From a virus, in IMG/VR virus record IMGVR_UViG_3300035698_007508, positions 62,755 to 126,754 of that record: 64,000 bases of DNA, one strand, 5' to 3'. Position 1 is the first letter of the stretch. Each line of letters opens with the position of its first letter. Below, in pieces: positions 55,306 through 64,000 of the stretch. A program made the translations under genes and the position numbers. Under the pieces are notes generated by a model. It saw only the letters and a program-made list of their open reading frames with translations. It made no database searches and was not told the DNA's origin.

Positions 55306-55770
55306 GTGAAAGATGCGACCTTTAAGGTAGAGTTCATTCGACATGTCCTGGCAAACAGTGGACCGGACGGCAAGAAGTGCGAGTTTCAACGCACATCCGA
55401 CAACGCCCTGGTCTTCCAGCAGAGCTGGTGGCATTCCGCCTTCTTACGCGGTATAGATGGCGTAGATGATCTGCGTCACATCAAGCCCAGCGACATCTGC
55501 ATGGACTTGCAGGTAGAAGCGCCCACCGAGATCTACAGGCGTCGGTACGGTGCTAATCGCTATCGTATTCACGAGGCGATCATGCCGGGCACCATCGTTA
55601 CATTCAGCGCGATCGTTGACGACCGCATCACTGAATCCAATCTCACGCTCCTGCTGAGTCGAGTCGGTCGGTTCATCGGACTGTCCCCGTTCGGCCACAG
55701 GCTGGGCTACGGTATGTTCCGGTTACTGGACGTCACGGTACAGCCGAGCGAAGCGCAACGGAGAGTCTGA
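55306..55770 (+). CDS. Solitary RAMP/Cas7-like protein (start revised to GTG 55306)
   Basis: C-terminal 'HEAIMPGTIVTF...LLSRVGRFIGLSPFGHRLGYGMFRL' resembles the RAMP strand plus Gly-rich loop; no other cas gene in the window. Confidence 0.45.
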   Translation: MKDATFKVEFIRHVLANSGPDGKKCEFQRTSDNALVFQQSWWHSAFLRGIDGVDDLRHIKPSDICMDLQVEAPTEIYRRRYGANRYRIHEAIMPGTIVTFSAIVDDRITESNLTLLLSRVGRFIGLSPFGHRLGYGMFRLLDVTVQPSEAQRRV

Positions 55771-56045
55771 TGGGTACACCTTTGAAGATTGGCGGCAAGG
55801 ACGAGCGTTATTCGCGTGTCGAGGATCGTGCCAAGTTTGGCGCGCACTTCGACGAGATCGACTTTGGCCATGCTGAAGAAACACCCCACCCACGCGGCGG
55901 GAGGACCACTATCAAATACAGGAACGGCGAGAGGCTCGTTGTACGTGAGCATGGTAAAGTGTTACTACCGGAGGAAGTAGACAGCACTAAATTCATATCG
56001 ATGTACGACTTACTGGAGCAAGCTGGCCGCATTGAACAAGCATAG
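55770..56045 (+). CDS. Hypothetical protein
   Basis: 91 aa, TGATG coupling. Confidence 0.6.
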   Translation: MGTPLKIGGKDERYSRVEDRAKFGAHFDEIDFGHAEETPHPRGGRTTIKYRNGERLVVREHGKVLLPEEVDSTKFISMYDLLEQAGRIEQA

Positions 56046-56062
56046 AGGAGGACACCGGAGGA

Positions 56063-57595
56063 GTGAAAGTCCGTATCCACTGGGGTAACGGATACGCTAA
56101 GGTCGAGCCTGAGTTTCCAACCGAACTCACAAACGCACTACGTTACTGGCAGCGCCGTTTCGAGATGGATCCATCCACGTACCAACGGGTCGTGAAGGGT
56201 CAATACCGAGAGTGCTATCAGCTTGGTGCCGATTTCGACGATGCTGGTAACCCGCGTCGTTACCTGCTTACCATGCCGGGGTTCATTCACCGGATTAAGC
56301 AGGTATTGGACGATCAGAGTTACGAGTACGAAATCATCGACGAGCGTACACCGTTTCCCGAACCAAACTACCGCGATGCACTGGCCGGTCTACGCGACTA
56401 CCAGTTGGATTGCGCGTATACATCCATCGCTTCTGGCGGTGGTATATTTGCCTGTCCTACCGGATGGGGCAAAACTCATATAATCGCTGCACACATTCGC
56501 GCCTTCCCGTATGAAGAGCTGTGCGCACGCGACACACCTATCACGGTAATCACCTGCAAGGACCAGGAGATCTGTAGACAGAATGCAGAGAAACTGTCCA
56601 AGATCCTACCTCACCGCGATATCGGGCTAGTTATGTCCGGGGTGCGTAAGTTCAGTGACGACATACAAGTCGTGACGCTGGACAGCCTGCACTACATCAA
56701 GGCAAAAGAGGTCGGTACACTGATCGTCGACGAGGTGCACGAAGCCGCGACTGAGAAGCGTTCTGAGCTGATCAGTCAGATGGTCAATGCACGCCGTTGG
56801 GGTGCCAGTGCTACACCTACCGGACGATTCGATGGGTCGGACAAGCTGACAGAAGGCTTGATCGGTCCTGTGGTCTACCACCGTACATACCAGCAAGGCG
56901 TTGATGACGGGGCCCTGGTTCCGATCATGATCCTGTGGGTGAACGTGGCGGAGCCGCATATCGGACTCGCACGGTACCTGGCCTATAAAACACGCAAGGC
57001 CAAGTACGATCACGGTGTGGAGAAGAACGACAGCCAGATTGGGTTGATCACCGCACTGATGAAACGCATTCCTGACAGCATGCAGACGCTATGCATCATG
57101 CAGCATACGGCGCAGATGAACGCGTTGGTGCCGTATCTGCCGGGAGTCGAGTACGTACACGCCAAGACCGATGACGCGACACTGAAAAAGGCGCGACAGT
57201 ACGACCTGATGGCGATCAAGGCCAAGCGACGCAAAGAGATATATCGCGACGTACAGTCCGGCAAAATCCGCAAGATACTCAGCACCCACGTGTATAAGCA
57301 GGGTGTCGACTTCCCGGAAATGCAGGTCATGGTACAGGCCGGCGGTGGCGGTAGCGCTATCGCGGGTGCGCAAATCCCTGGCCGCGCCAGCCGCCCGAGC
57401 GAAGGCAAGGACATATCGGTAGTCATCGACTTCTGGCATCCATGGGATACCGTGGACAAGGATGGTAAGACTGTCTCCGGTCCGGTACTTGGCGACGATC
57501 AGGCGCGTGATAAGATCTACAAGAAGCTGGGATTCGAACGCCACTGGCTTGACAGCCTGGGCGAGATCCCGTTCCTGGAGAAAGCATGTCAATAG
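56063..57595 (+). CDS. Superfamily 2 helicase (UvsW/XPB-like)
   Basis: 'LRDYQ', 'CPTGWGKT', 'IVDEVH', 'GASATP', 'KQGVDFP', 'QIPGRASR'. Confidence 0.92.
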   Translation: MKVRIHWGNGYAKVEPEFPTELTNALRYWQRRFEMDPSTYQRVVKGQYRECYQLGADFDDAGNPRRYLLTMPGFIHRIKQVLDDQSYEYEIIDERTPFPEPNYRDALAGLRDYQLDCAYTSIASGGGIFACPTGWGKTHIIAAHIRAFPYEELCARDTPITVITCKDQEICRQNAEKLSKILPHRDIGLVMSGVRKFSDDIQVVTLDSLHYIKAKEVGTLIVDEVHEAATEKRSELISQMVNARRWGASATPTGRFDGSDKLTEGLIGPVVYHRTYQQGVDDGALVPIMILWVNVAEPHIGLARYLAYKTRKAKYDHGVEKNDSQIGLITALMKRIPDSMQTLCIMQHTAQMNALVPYLPGVEYVHAKTDDATLKKARQYDLMAIKAKRRKEIYRDVQSGKIRKILSTHVYKQGVDFPEMQVMVQAGGGGSAIAGAQIPGRASRPSEGKDISVVIDFWHPWDTVDKDGKTVSGPVLGDDQARDKIYKKLGFERHWLDSLGEIPFLEKACQ

Positions 57596-58185
57596 ACACC
57601 AGCCCGCGTGACAACGTAGCCATGAAATTGTGGGACGTGTTCTACACCGTCATCAAGGAAATTCACGGTAGGGCCCGACGTAAGGGTGAAGGCGTGTTTA
57701 CGCATCCGCAATACAAGGTCTTCGACATGATCGCGTGCTGGTGTATTGAGCACGAGGTCGACGAGGAGGACTACGTCCGGACGACCGCGGGGGTACTGCG
57801 AGCCACTGGCAAGTCGTTCTTCAAAATCGAGGACTTCGCGAAGGATGAACGCCTCGCCTATTACCTACGCCTGAAGGTCGGTAACGAGGGTGGCGATTCC
57901 CAGATACGCTGGAACATTCAAGAAACACATTTACAGACCACGGTCGCACGTGCGCCGGACATGTATCCGAATCCTTTGGATCCGCTGATCGTGTTTGATA
58001 CTCCCTTCGATCCGTGGTTCCGGGTCATGTACCCGGAGGAGCCTATACCGGTGATCGTCAGGATCTTCGGCGAACTGGCCTGGGATGACTTAGCGCATAA
58101 TGGCGCACTACGCCGATACATACGGCAGAAACGACCCGCAGCGCTACAGTTACTTGAACGGCAGTTCGGTGGCTTCGTAGACTAG
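57586..58185 (+). CDS. Hypothetical protein in the replication module
   Basis: 199 aa between SF2 helicase and DnaB. Confidence 0.65.
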   Translation: MSIDTSPRDNVAMKLWDVFYTVIKEIHGRARRKGEGVFTHPQYKVFDMIACWCIEHEVDEEDYVRTTAGVLRATGKSFFKIEDFAKDERLAYYLRLKVGNEGGDSQIRWNIQETHLQTTVARAPDMYPNPLDPLIVFDTPFDPWFRVMYPEEPIPVIVRIFGELAWDDLAHNGALRRYIRQKRPAALQLLERQFGGFVD

Positions 58186-58193
58186 GAGGGCCT

Positions 58194-59690
58194 ATGCAAA
58201 CACAAGCCTTTGGAAATGTGATGCTCGGCAAAGAGATTCAGCAACAGCTGATCTTGCACATGGCGCGGGACTACAAGGTCCTGCAATATGCGCGCCAGCA
58301 ACTCGCACTTGAAGATTTCGATTGGGAGATCTGTCAAGTGGTGGCCAAGGCACTCTACGACTATTACGACGCGTACAATCGGCTGCCTACGTTGGACATT
58401 CTGACGTACGAGATTCAGCAGGTGATACTCGGCGCCCGCGGCGACGTTATACCGCTCCACGACTCGGAGTACGACTATCTGGCATACTTACTAACCATGG
58501 TGCGCAACACGCCTACCAGCATGATCAATCCCGACTGGGCGTTCCGCTCGATCGGTGAGTACATCATGCAGGTCCGGGTCAAGCGCTTCAACATGGATGC
58601 CGAACAAGCGTTGCGTACCGGTATAGGTATCGAGGACGTTGCACGGCGCGGGGCGGATCTCGCAATAGATTCGTCGCCGGCGTCGCAGATCGAATTCAGC
58701 GATGCGTTCGATATCTCGGACTTCCCGGTGTACAACCATGAGGTACGACACATCACGACCGGGCTGACGCGTATGGACCGCGCAATGGTGGGCGGACCCA
58801 AGCCGGGCGAATTCGGGTTGCTGGCCGCATGTCAGGGTATCGGTAAGACCAATGCGATGATCAACCTACTGCTCAGTGCGGTAAAAGCGGGCTGGTACGG
58901 GTTATTCCTGTCCCTTGAGATGCCCGTGGTTCAGATCAAGCAGCGTACCGTAGCTATGGCGGCACACATCCTGGCCAGGCGTTTCCGAGAGGGTGCGCTT
59001 GAGAACTTCCGCAACGACGAGCTGCATCGACTGCAGATGGTCAACCAGCGGATGATGAATGGTCGGCTGAAATACGCAGACCTGTCAGCGCATACTGTCA
59101 CATTTGCCACGCTTGAGACGACCATAGACCGCTGGCTGGAGTGGTTGGACAAGATAGGGAAGCGCGATAAAGCGGGCCTGATCTGCGTTGACTACCTGGA
59201 CCTGATCTCACACGGACGAGCCGTAGGCCGCGGTAAGAGCGACTTGGACGCGGACGTGATGAAGCAGCTGATGGACAGCATCAAGAAGAAGATCGTAAAC
59301 CGCACGCAGGTGGCTACCCTCATTGCTACCCAAGCTACACGTGATGCAGAAGGTCAGCAGATCTTCCACCGCAAGCATGTGGCGTGGTCCTTCCACAAGA
59401 TCGACGCGATTGATTACGGTTTCGGTATCGCCGCGAAAGAAGATACTCGTTTGAATCACCTGGACAAGGGTGACGATGACTTGGGCGCCGCAGACGACGC
59501 CGGCATTACGCAAAACGGTCGGCACCTATCGTTCAGCTTCTTCAAGATGCGCGACGGTGACCCCCAGGCATTCAGTATTTACCAAGCACCCACACTGCGC
59601 CTGTACAATACGAAAAAAGAGTACACTACCACTACCAATGCCATTGACGGCGGTGAGTACGCACACCTATTCACAGGATTTACCACATGA
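58194..59690 (+). CDS. dnaB: Replicative DNA helicase, DnaB-like
   Basis: 'ITTGLTRMD..GG', Walker A 'ACQGIGKT', 'FLSLEM', Walker B 'CVDYLDLI', 'ATQATR'. Confidence 0.9.
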   Translation: MQTQAFGNVMLGKEIQQQLILHMARDYKVLQYARQQLALEDFDWEICQVVAKALYDYYDAYNRLPTLDILTYEIQQVILGARGDVIPLHDSEYDYLAYLLTMVRNTPTSMINPDWAFRSIGEYIMQVRVKRFNMDAEQALRTGIGIEDVARRGADLAIDSSPASQIEFSDAFDISDFPVYNHEVRHITTGLTRMDRAMVGGPKPGEFGLLAACQGIGKTNAMINLLLSAVKAGWYGLFLSLEMPVVQIKQRTVAMAAHILARRFREGALENFRNDELHRLQMVNQRMMNGRLKYADLSAHTVTFATLETTIDRWLEWLDKIGKRDKAGLICVDYLDLISHGRAVGRGKSDLDADVMKQLMDSIKKKIVNRTQVATLIATQATRDAEGQQIFHRKHVAWSFHKIDAIDYGFGIAAKEDTRLNHLDKGDDDLGAADDAGITQNGRHLSFSFFKMRDGDPQAFSIYQAPTLRLYNTKKEYTTTTNAIDGGEYAHLFTGFTT

Positions 59691-60727
59691 ACCTCGCAAA
59701 TCGCTTTGAACCAATAGTCCGGGCCAAGTTTGGTAACCGGTACAAGAAGGGCCGCAGCAAGAATGGCTTGGAGTTTAAGGTCTGCTGTCCGTTCTGTGTT
59801 CGGAATGGACTCAAGGCGGATCGCAAGTACAAGCTCTGGATCAACCCGGGTCAAGGTGTGTATCGCTGTTGGCGGTGCAATACTCGTGGCCAGGTCACTG
59901 ATCTATTCGGAGACATCGCCCGCCTTGTAGAGAACCCGTTTCAACCCACGCGGCCTACCGCGCTTACGCAGGTTGAAACCATGCCGGGCATGATTATGAG
60001 CCTGGCAGACCTTGACGAACATCATCCGGCCTACCGCTACATGCGGCGCCGTGGATTTGATCCTGTGGCCATGGGCCAATTCTATGGCTTGAGCTACTGT
60101 TACGAGGGTCGGGTATTCGGACGTGGCAGCTTCCAGTTCAACACCTTCAATACGATCATCTTCCCGATATGGATGCGTGGTCAGGTTGTGGGATGGCAGG
60201 CACGCCTTCTATACAACCCAGACGACATGGATGACAGGGATTGCGTGGCTATGCAGTACCCGCGGGACGAAGACGGCGAATTCTGCCGTCCACCTAAGTA
60301 CTTTACGTCACCTGGTTTGGAAAAGGGGCGGGTGCTGTACAACTACGATGTGGCTGCCAAAAGCCAGATCGGGGTCGTGACTGAAGGACCTACGGATGTA
60401 CTGGCCGCAGGGCCGTGCGCGGTGGGAACCCTCGGTAAGGGTATCTCAGACGAGCAGATGCGGCTGATCAAGAACACGTGGGACGCGGTGGTCATACTGC
60501 TGGATCCCGGTGATGCGGACAAGGAATCTTACCAACTGTATCGGTCTCTGAGCGAGACGGTACCAAACACGGTTGCAGTCAAGCTCTCTGGGTTTTCGGA
60601 CCCGGGTAGTGCACCGACTGCAGCTATCTGGCGGCAAATCGACGTGGCGGCACGTCAAAAAGGTATTGTGCTGGAGGACTTCAATTGGGGGCCCTACTGG
60701 TGCGATCAGATAATAAAAAGGAGTTAG
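59687..60727 (+). CDS. dnaG: DNA primase (Zn finger plus TOPRIM)
   Basis: 'CPFC...CWRC', 'YMRRRG', 'IIFP', 'VVTEGPTDV', 'LLDPGDAD', 'FSDPG'. Confidence 0.88.
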   Translation: MNLANRFEPIVRAKFGNRYKKGRSKNGLEFKVCCPFCVRNGLKADRKYKLWINPGQGVYRCWRCNTRGQVTDLFGDIARLVENPFQPTRPTALTQVETMPGMIMSLADLDEHHPAYRYMRRRGFDPVAMGQFYGLSYCYEGRVFGRGSFQFNTFNTIIFPIWMRGQVVGWQARLLYNPDDMDDRDCVAMQYPRDEDGEFCRPPKYFTSPGLEKGRVLYNYDVAAKSQIGVVTEGPTDVLAAGPCAVGTLGKGISDEQMRLIKNTWDAVVILLDPGDADKESYQLYRSLSETVPNTVAVKLSGFSDPGSAPTAAIWRQIDVAARQKGIVLEDFNWGPYWCDQIIKRS

Positions 60728-60728
60728 T

Positions 60729-61550
60729 ATGATACCGACAGGTATTCCGATATTGGACATGTGCCTCGATGGTGGGGCTGACATTGGCGTGCACGTCGTT
60801 ACCGGTGCACAACTCGACCTGCGGCGCACGATGCTGATGAACATGGCTGTGAACGCGGCATTACAGGGTGAACGCGTCCTGTACCTAGCAGTGGCCGACG
60901 ACGTCAAGACTGTTGAGACACAGTTGCGCTTCATGATGGCCGGTCTGGATCAGCGCATCCAGCAGCGCCCGGCATCCGAGTGGACGCCCGAAGAGTGCCG
61001 ACGCTTGGGTATGACCAGTCCAGGTACCGACCCGATCGCACGGATTGCGGTCCAGCCGCAGCCGCAGGATCCAGCCGATATCGCCAACACGATCGACACC
61101 TGGAAGACTGCCGGTCGTGTCTACAAGGTGACTACGCGTCTCGTAATGATCGAGAGCGCGGACGACATCGGCATCACGGCCACGGCCCGCTCCACACAGG
61201 CGGATATCAAGGCAAGTGTCGCGAACATGCTGGACGAACTGGCGCAGGGCCACTGCAGCCGAGATCTCACGGTCTGGGTCGGTATGGAGTCCGAGGTAAA
61301 AGCACGGGGTAACATTATCCCGTTGCAGCTGAGTGCTGATCCGAGTATCGTGGCTCTGATCGGTGTCACGGCTTCCACGCCGCACACCAGTCCGCCTGAC
61401 CCGTATACCCGCATGGTCCTGACGTCCCTAACGCTGTCTGCACCGGGTGCCGGTGATGAGCTCAAGGTCTGGCGCAGCCCGACCGGCCGTCTGTACAGTG
61501 ATAAGGACACGGCGCTGTACACCGACCGCCTGAATGGTCTGCAGGTATGA
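60729..61550 (+). CDS. Degenerate DnaB/RecA-fold protein
   Basis: 'IPTGIPILD..LDGG', 'MNMAVNAALQGERVLYL' but Walker A replaced by 'GAQLDLRRT'. Confidence 0.65.
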   Translation: MIPTGIPILDMCLDGGADIGVHVVTGAQLDLRRTMLMNMAVNAALQGERVLYLAVADDVKTVETQLRFMMAGLDQRIQQRPASEWTPEECRRLGMTSPGTDPIARIAVQPQPQDPADIANTIDTWKTAGRVYKVTTRLVMIESADDIGITATARSTQADIKASVANMLDELAQGHCSRDLTVWVGMESEVKARGNIIPLQLSADPSIVALIGVTASTPHTSPPDPYTRMVLTSLTLSAPGAGDELKVWRSPTGRLYSDKDTALYTDRLNGLQV

Positions 61551-61747
61551 AGCACGAAGCCCTGTGGTTACGCATAGCAGCGGCCGCGGTAAGCGGCTTC
61601 TGCGCCAACCCCACGGACAACTCGTGGAATACGCCCAAGACCACGGCTAGCGCCGCGGCCGCGATTGCCGATAAGTTCGTCACGGAATACGACGGGCGAC
61701 AGCAGTCTGCGGCTTGCGAGGCAGCAGTTATAACTGACGGAGGCTGA
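61547..61747 (+). CDS. Hypothetical protein
   Basis: 66 aa, ATGA overlap upstream. Confidence 0.55.
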   Translation: MKHEALWLRIAAAAVSGFCANPTDNSWNTPKTTASAAAAIADKFVTEYDGRQQSAACEAAVITDGG

Positions 61748-61748
61748 T

Positions 61749-64000
61749 ATGGTAGATACCATGGTATTTGTAGACCAGGACGCAGACGAACAGGTTACGT
61801 GGATCGACCATCCGCAGTCTGTAAACGGGGCGCTCTGGCTCAACGGCCTTGGTAACCTACCCTGCGACGTGATGTTCATTGGGGAGCACCCTGGCCGGGA
61901 CGAAACTAGATTCAGAAAGATCTATCATAGTCTGGCTGGGAACCTCCTCAAGGAATCTGCCGGGACTGCTGGCTTCAACATGGACACGTGTTACCTGACC
62001 CATCTGGTCAAGTACATGCCCAAGTCGAAGTCGATCAAGGCACCCGACATAAAGGTGTGTACGCCACTGCTCATGGAAGAGATCAAACGGGGCAACCCGC
62101 GATTGATCGTCACCCTGGGCGCGCACGCACTCAAATCCGTCATGGGGCGCGGTTACAAGCTAAGCGAGTACCGTGGAACGGTACTCCAACACCCCGAACG
62201 TGAGGGTACTAAAGTCTTCCCCATGTACAGTCCGTCGTACATCCTGCGCAAGCCGGACGCGATAACTGAATGGCAGGCTGACTGGCGCATGCTCGAATGC
62301 GTGTACCAGAATAAGTCCACAGAACGTGTGAAGCCGGAATACATGACGTGTCACTCTGTTGAGGAGCTGAACGTGTTTAGTGAGTTCCTGTTTGGGACCT
62401 TCCCCACGCCGTGCATCGTGCTCGACTGCGAGTGGCAGGGTGCGAACTACATGGCGGAGAACGCATACTTACGGACGGTCCAGTTGGGTTACGACCTGGG
62501 CAAGGTCATGATCTTAGAGTTCTTCGACGAGCACGGCCAGTGCATGTGTACGCGGCCGGGCTCCGCCGGGCAGATGATCCCATACATGGAACTACCAATG
62601 GACGAGCGACTGGACATCATGGCCGGTATGCTCAAAGGCCTCAAGCGAATACTGGAAGCCAAGAATGTGCACCTGGCCGGCCATCACCTACGCGCCGATG
62701 GGCAGTGGCTGATGTGGTACGGTATTGACGTCCGTGAGAACACGTGGTGGGATTCCATGGTGTGCGCGCATACGATTGACAGTCGTGGCCCGTTCAACCT
62801 CACCGCGCTGACAGTACAGAACACCAATATGGGTCGGTACGACTCCGAGCTGGTGGACTGGAAGGAATCGCATGCTAAAGCGTGTGCACACGGCTTTGGC
62901 CCTATCCCCGCATCCATTCTACTGCCTTACGGGGCGTGTGACGTGGATGCGCCGCGACGTATCATCGCCAAACAGAAAAAGGCCATCGCGCCATTTACTA
63001 TACCGCGTGGTAAGTACCCCAGTCTCTGGGACGTGAGCCTGTTCGCATCAAAAGCGCTGTACGAGCCCGAGAATGTCGGCCTGTTGGTCGACAAGCAACG
63101 GCTGGAGCAGCTTACGGTGATGTACAGCACGGCTCGTGACAAGGTAGAGAACAAGGTCATCCAGATGGCAGACATCATCGGCATAAAGGACTTCAACCCG
63201 GGTTCTGTGGACCAAGTTCGTATGCTGTTGTTTGACGCGCTGGAGATGACGCCTATCAAGACTACCAAGGCCGCGGGTAACAAGCCGTGGGACTGGGTGT
63301 TGGATCAAGGGGAGGAGTTACAGGAAGGGATTGCGGCGTCCACCGACAAAGACACACTAGCGATTCTAGCAGACGAGCCTGGTGCACATCCGATAGTAGG
63401 GTTGGTACGCGACTACCGCAAGGTGGAATACGTATGCAAGTCCTGGTTGGTTGATCCCGATACGGCGGCTAGGTTCGATACGGCGTCGCGTGGTGGCGGT
63501 ATCCTGTCCAAGATCTGGCCAGACGGTCGCTTACACGCCAGGTTCTCCCAGTTGAAGGAGACGGCGCGGTTTGGTAGTGCCAAGCCCAACGTACAGAACT
63601 GGATGAAGCGTGCTGAGGGCGAGCTCAAACGTATCGTAGGGCCCAAAGCGTTGGCGGCCGTGTTCGGCGAAGACGCTGTATTCCCGACCCTGCGTAGCAT
63701 GATCATACCTACACCGGGATACGTCCTGATGGAGGCGGACTGGAAACAGGCTGAGATGTTCGTGCTTGCCGTCTTGTCGGGCGACAGTAACATGTACGGC
63801 GCGCTCACCACGCCGGGTAAGGACTTACACACGACGACCGCGCTTACCGCGTTCGGGATAAAGACTGTTCTGTCGGACGGTCGCGAAGTACCTGAGGCCG
63901 AATTACTGGCCTTAGCCCAGCAGGATGTCGACAAGCACGGCACGTGCGAGGGACATGACTTCGAAGCGCTGCAACAGCAGCTTATCTACGTCGACCAACG
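61749..64000 (+). CDS. polA: Family A DNA polymerase with N-terminal UDG family-4-like domain (3'-truncated; absent from the ORF track)
   Basis: Translated by hand: 'VMFIGEHPG...IVTLG...MYSPSYILR' (UDG-like), 'IVLDCEWQG' (exonuclease I motif), 'LHARFSQ..TARFGSAKPNVQN', motif A 'EADWKQAE', 'DLHTTTA'. Confidence 0.92.
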   Translation, partial: MVDTMVFVDQDADEQVTWIDHPQSVNGALWLNGLGNLPCDVMFIGEHPGRDETRFRKIYHSLAGNLLKESAGTAGFNMDTCYLTHLVKYMPKSKSIKAPDIKVCTPLLMEEIKRGNPRLIVTLGAHALKSVMGRGYKLSEYRGTVLQHPEREGTKVFPMYSPSYILRKPDAITEWQADWRMLECVYQNKSTERVKPEYMTCHSVEELNVFSEFLFGTFPTPCIVLDCEWQGANYMAENAYLRTVQLGYDLGKVMILEFFDEHGQCMCTRPGSAGQMIPYMELPMDERLDIMAGMLKGLKRILEAKNVHLAGHHLRADGQWLMWYGIDVRENTWWDSMVCAHTIDSRGPFNLTALTVQNTNMGRYDSELVDWKESHAKACAHGFGPIPASILLPYGACDVDAPRRIIAKQKKAIAPFTIPRGKYPSLWDVSLFASKALYEPENVGLLVDKQRLEQLTVMYSTARDKVENKVIQMADIIGIKDFNPGSVDQVRMLLFDALEMTPIKTTKAAGNKPWDWVLDQGEELQEGIAASTDKDTLAILADEPGAHPIVGLVRDYRKVEYVCKSWLVDPDTAARFDTASRGGGILSKIWPDGRLHARFSQLKETARFGSAKPNVQNWMKRAEGELKRIVGPKALAAVFGEDAVFPTLRSMIIPTPGYVLMEADWKQAEMFVLAVLSGDSNMYGALTTPGKDLHTTTALTAFGIKTVLSDGREVPEAELLALAQQDVDKHGTCEGHDFEALQQQLIYVDQ

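Noticed and set aside
1-64000. Stop-codon reassignment as seen in some large phages
   Set aside because: Long genes are intact under code 11 and TAA, TAG and TGA all end genes at coupled junctions.

Overview
A 64 kb piece of a large, GC-rich (roughly 60% by eye, not computed), contractile-tailed dsDNA phage using the standard genetic code. The host cannot be determined from this sequence. Layout: (1) 1-24.3 kb, a tail/baseplate module (3' part of a tape-measure-like gene, hub-like gene, sigma factor, gp25-like wedge, baseplate J, fibre-like gene, five paralogous genes, a Cys-repeat protein) ending in a subtilisin whose catalytic Ser is interrupted by a LAGLIDADG intein. (2) 25.2-32.1 kb, a minus-strand operon with a CHC2 zinc-finger protein and four glycan-modifying enzymes. 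(3) 32.1-45.7 kb, head/packaging-region genes, including a multi-domain 'polyvalent' locus split by a small HNH gene, a 1537-aa signal-peptide-bearing fibre-like protein, a permuted NlpC/P60 and the terminase large subunit. (4) 45.8-46.9 kb, about 1.1 kb without a credible ORF and densely packed with hairpins and repeated motifs, a candidate giant structured ncRNA. (5) 47.3-64 kb, a replication/recombination module (DUF932, RNase H, SbcCD, a solitary RAMP/Cas7-like gene, SF2 helicase, DnaB, primase, a degenerate DnaB paralogue, and a UDG-fused family A DNA polymerase running off the 3' end). The strongest leads are the candidate large ncRNA, the HNH-split polyvalent protein, the active-site intein and the solitary RAMP-like protein. 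All family assignments come from motif recognition by eye; no searches were run.
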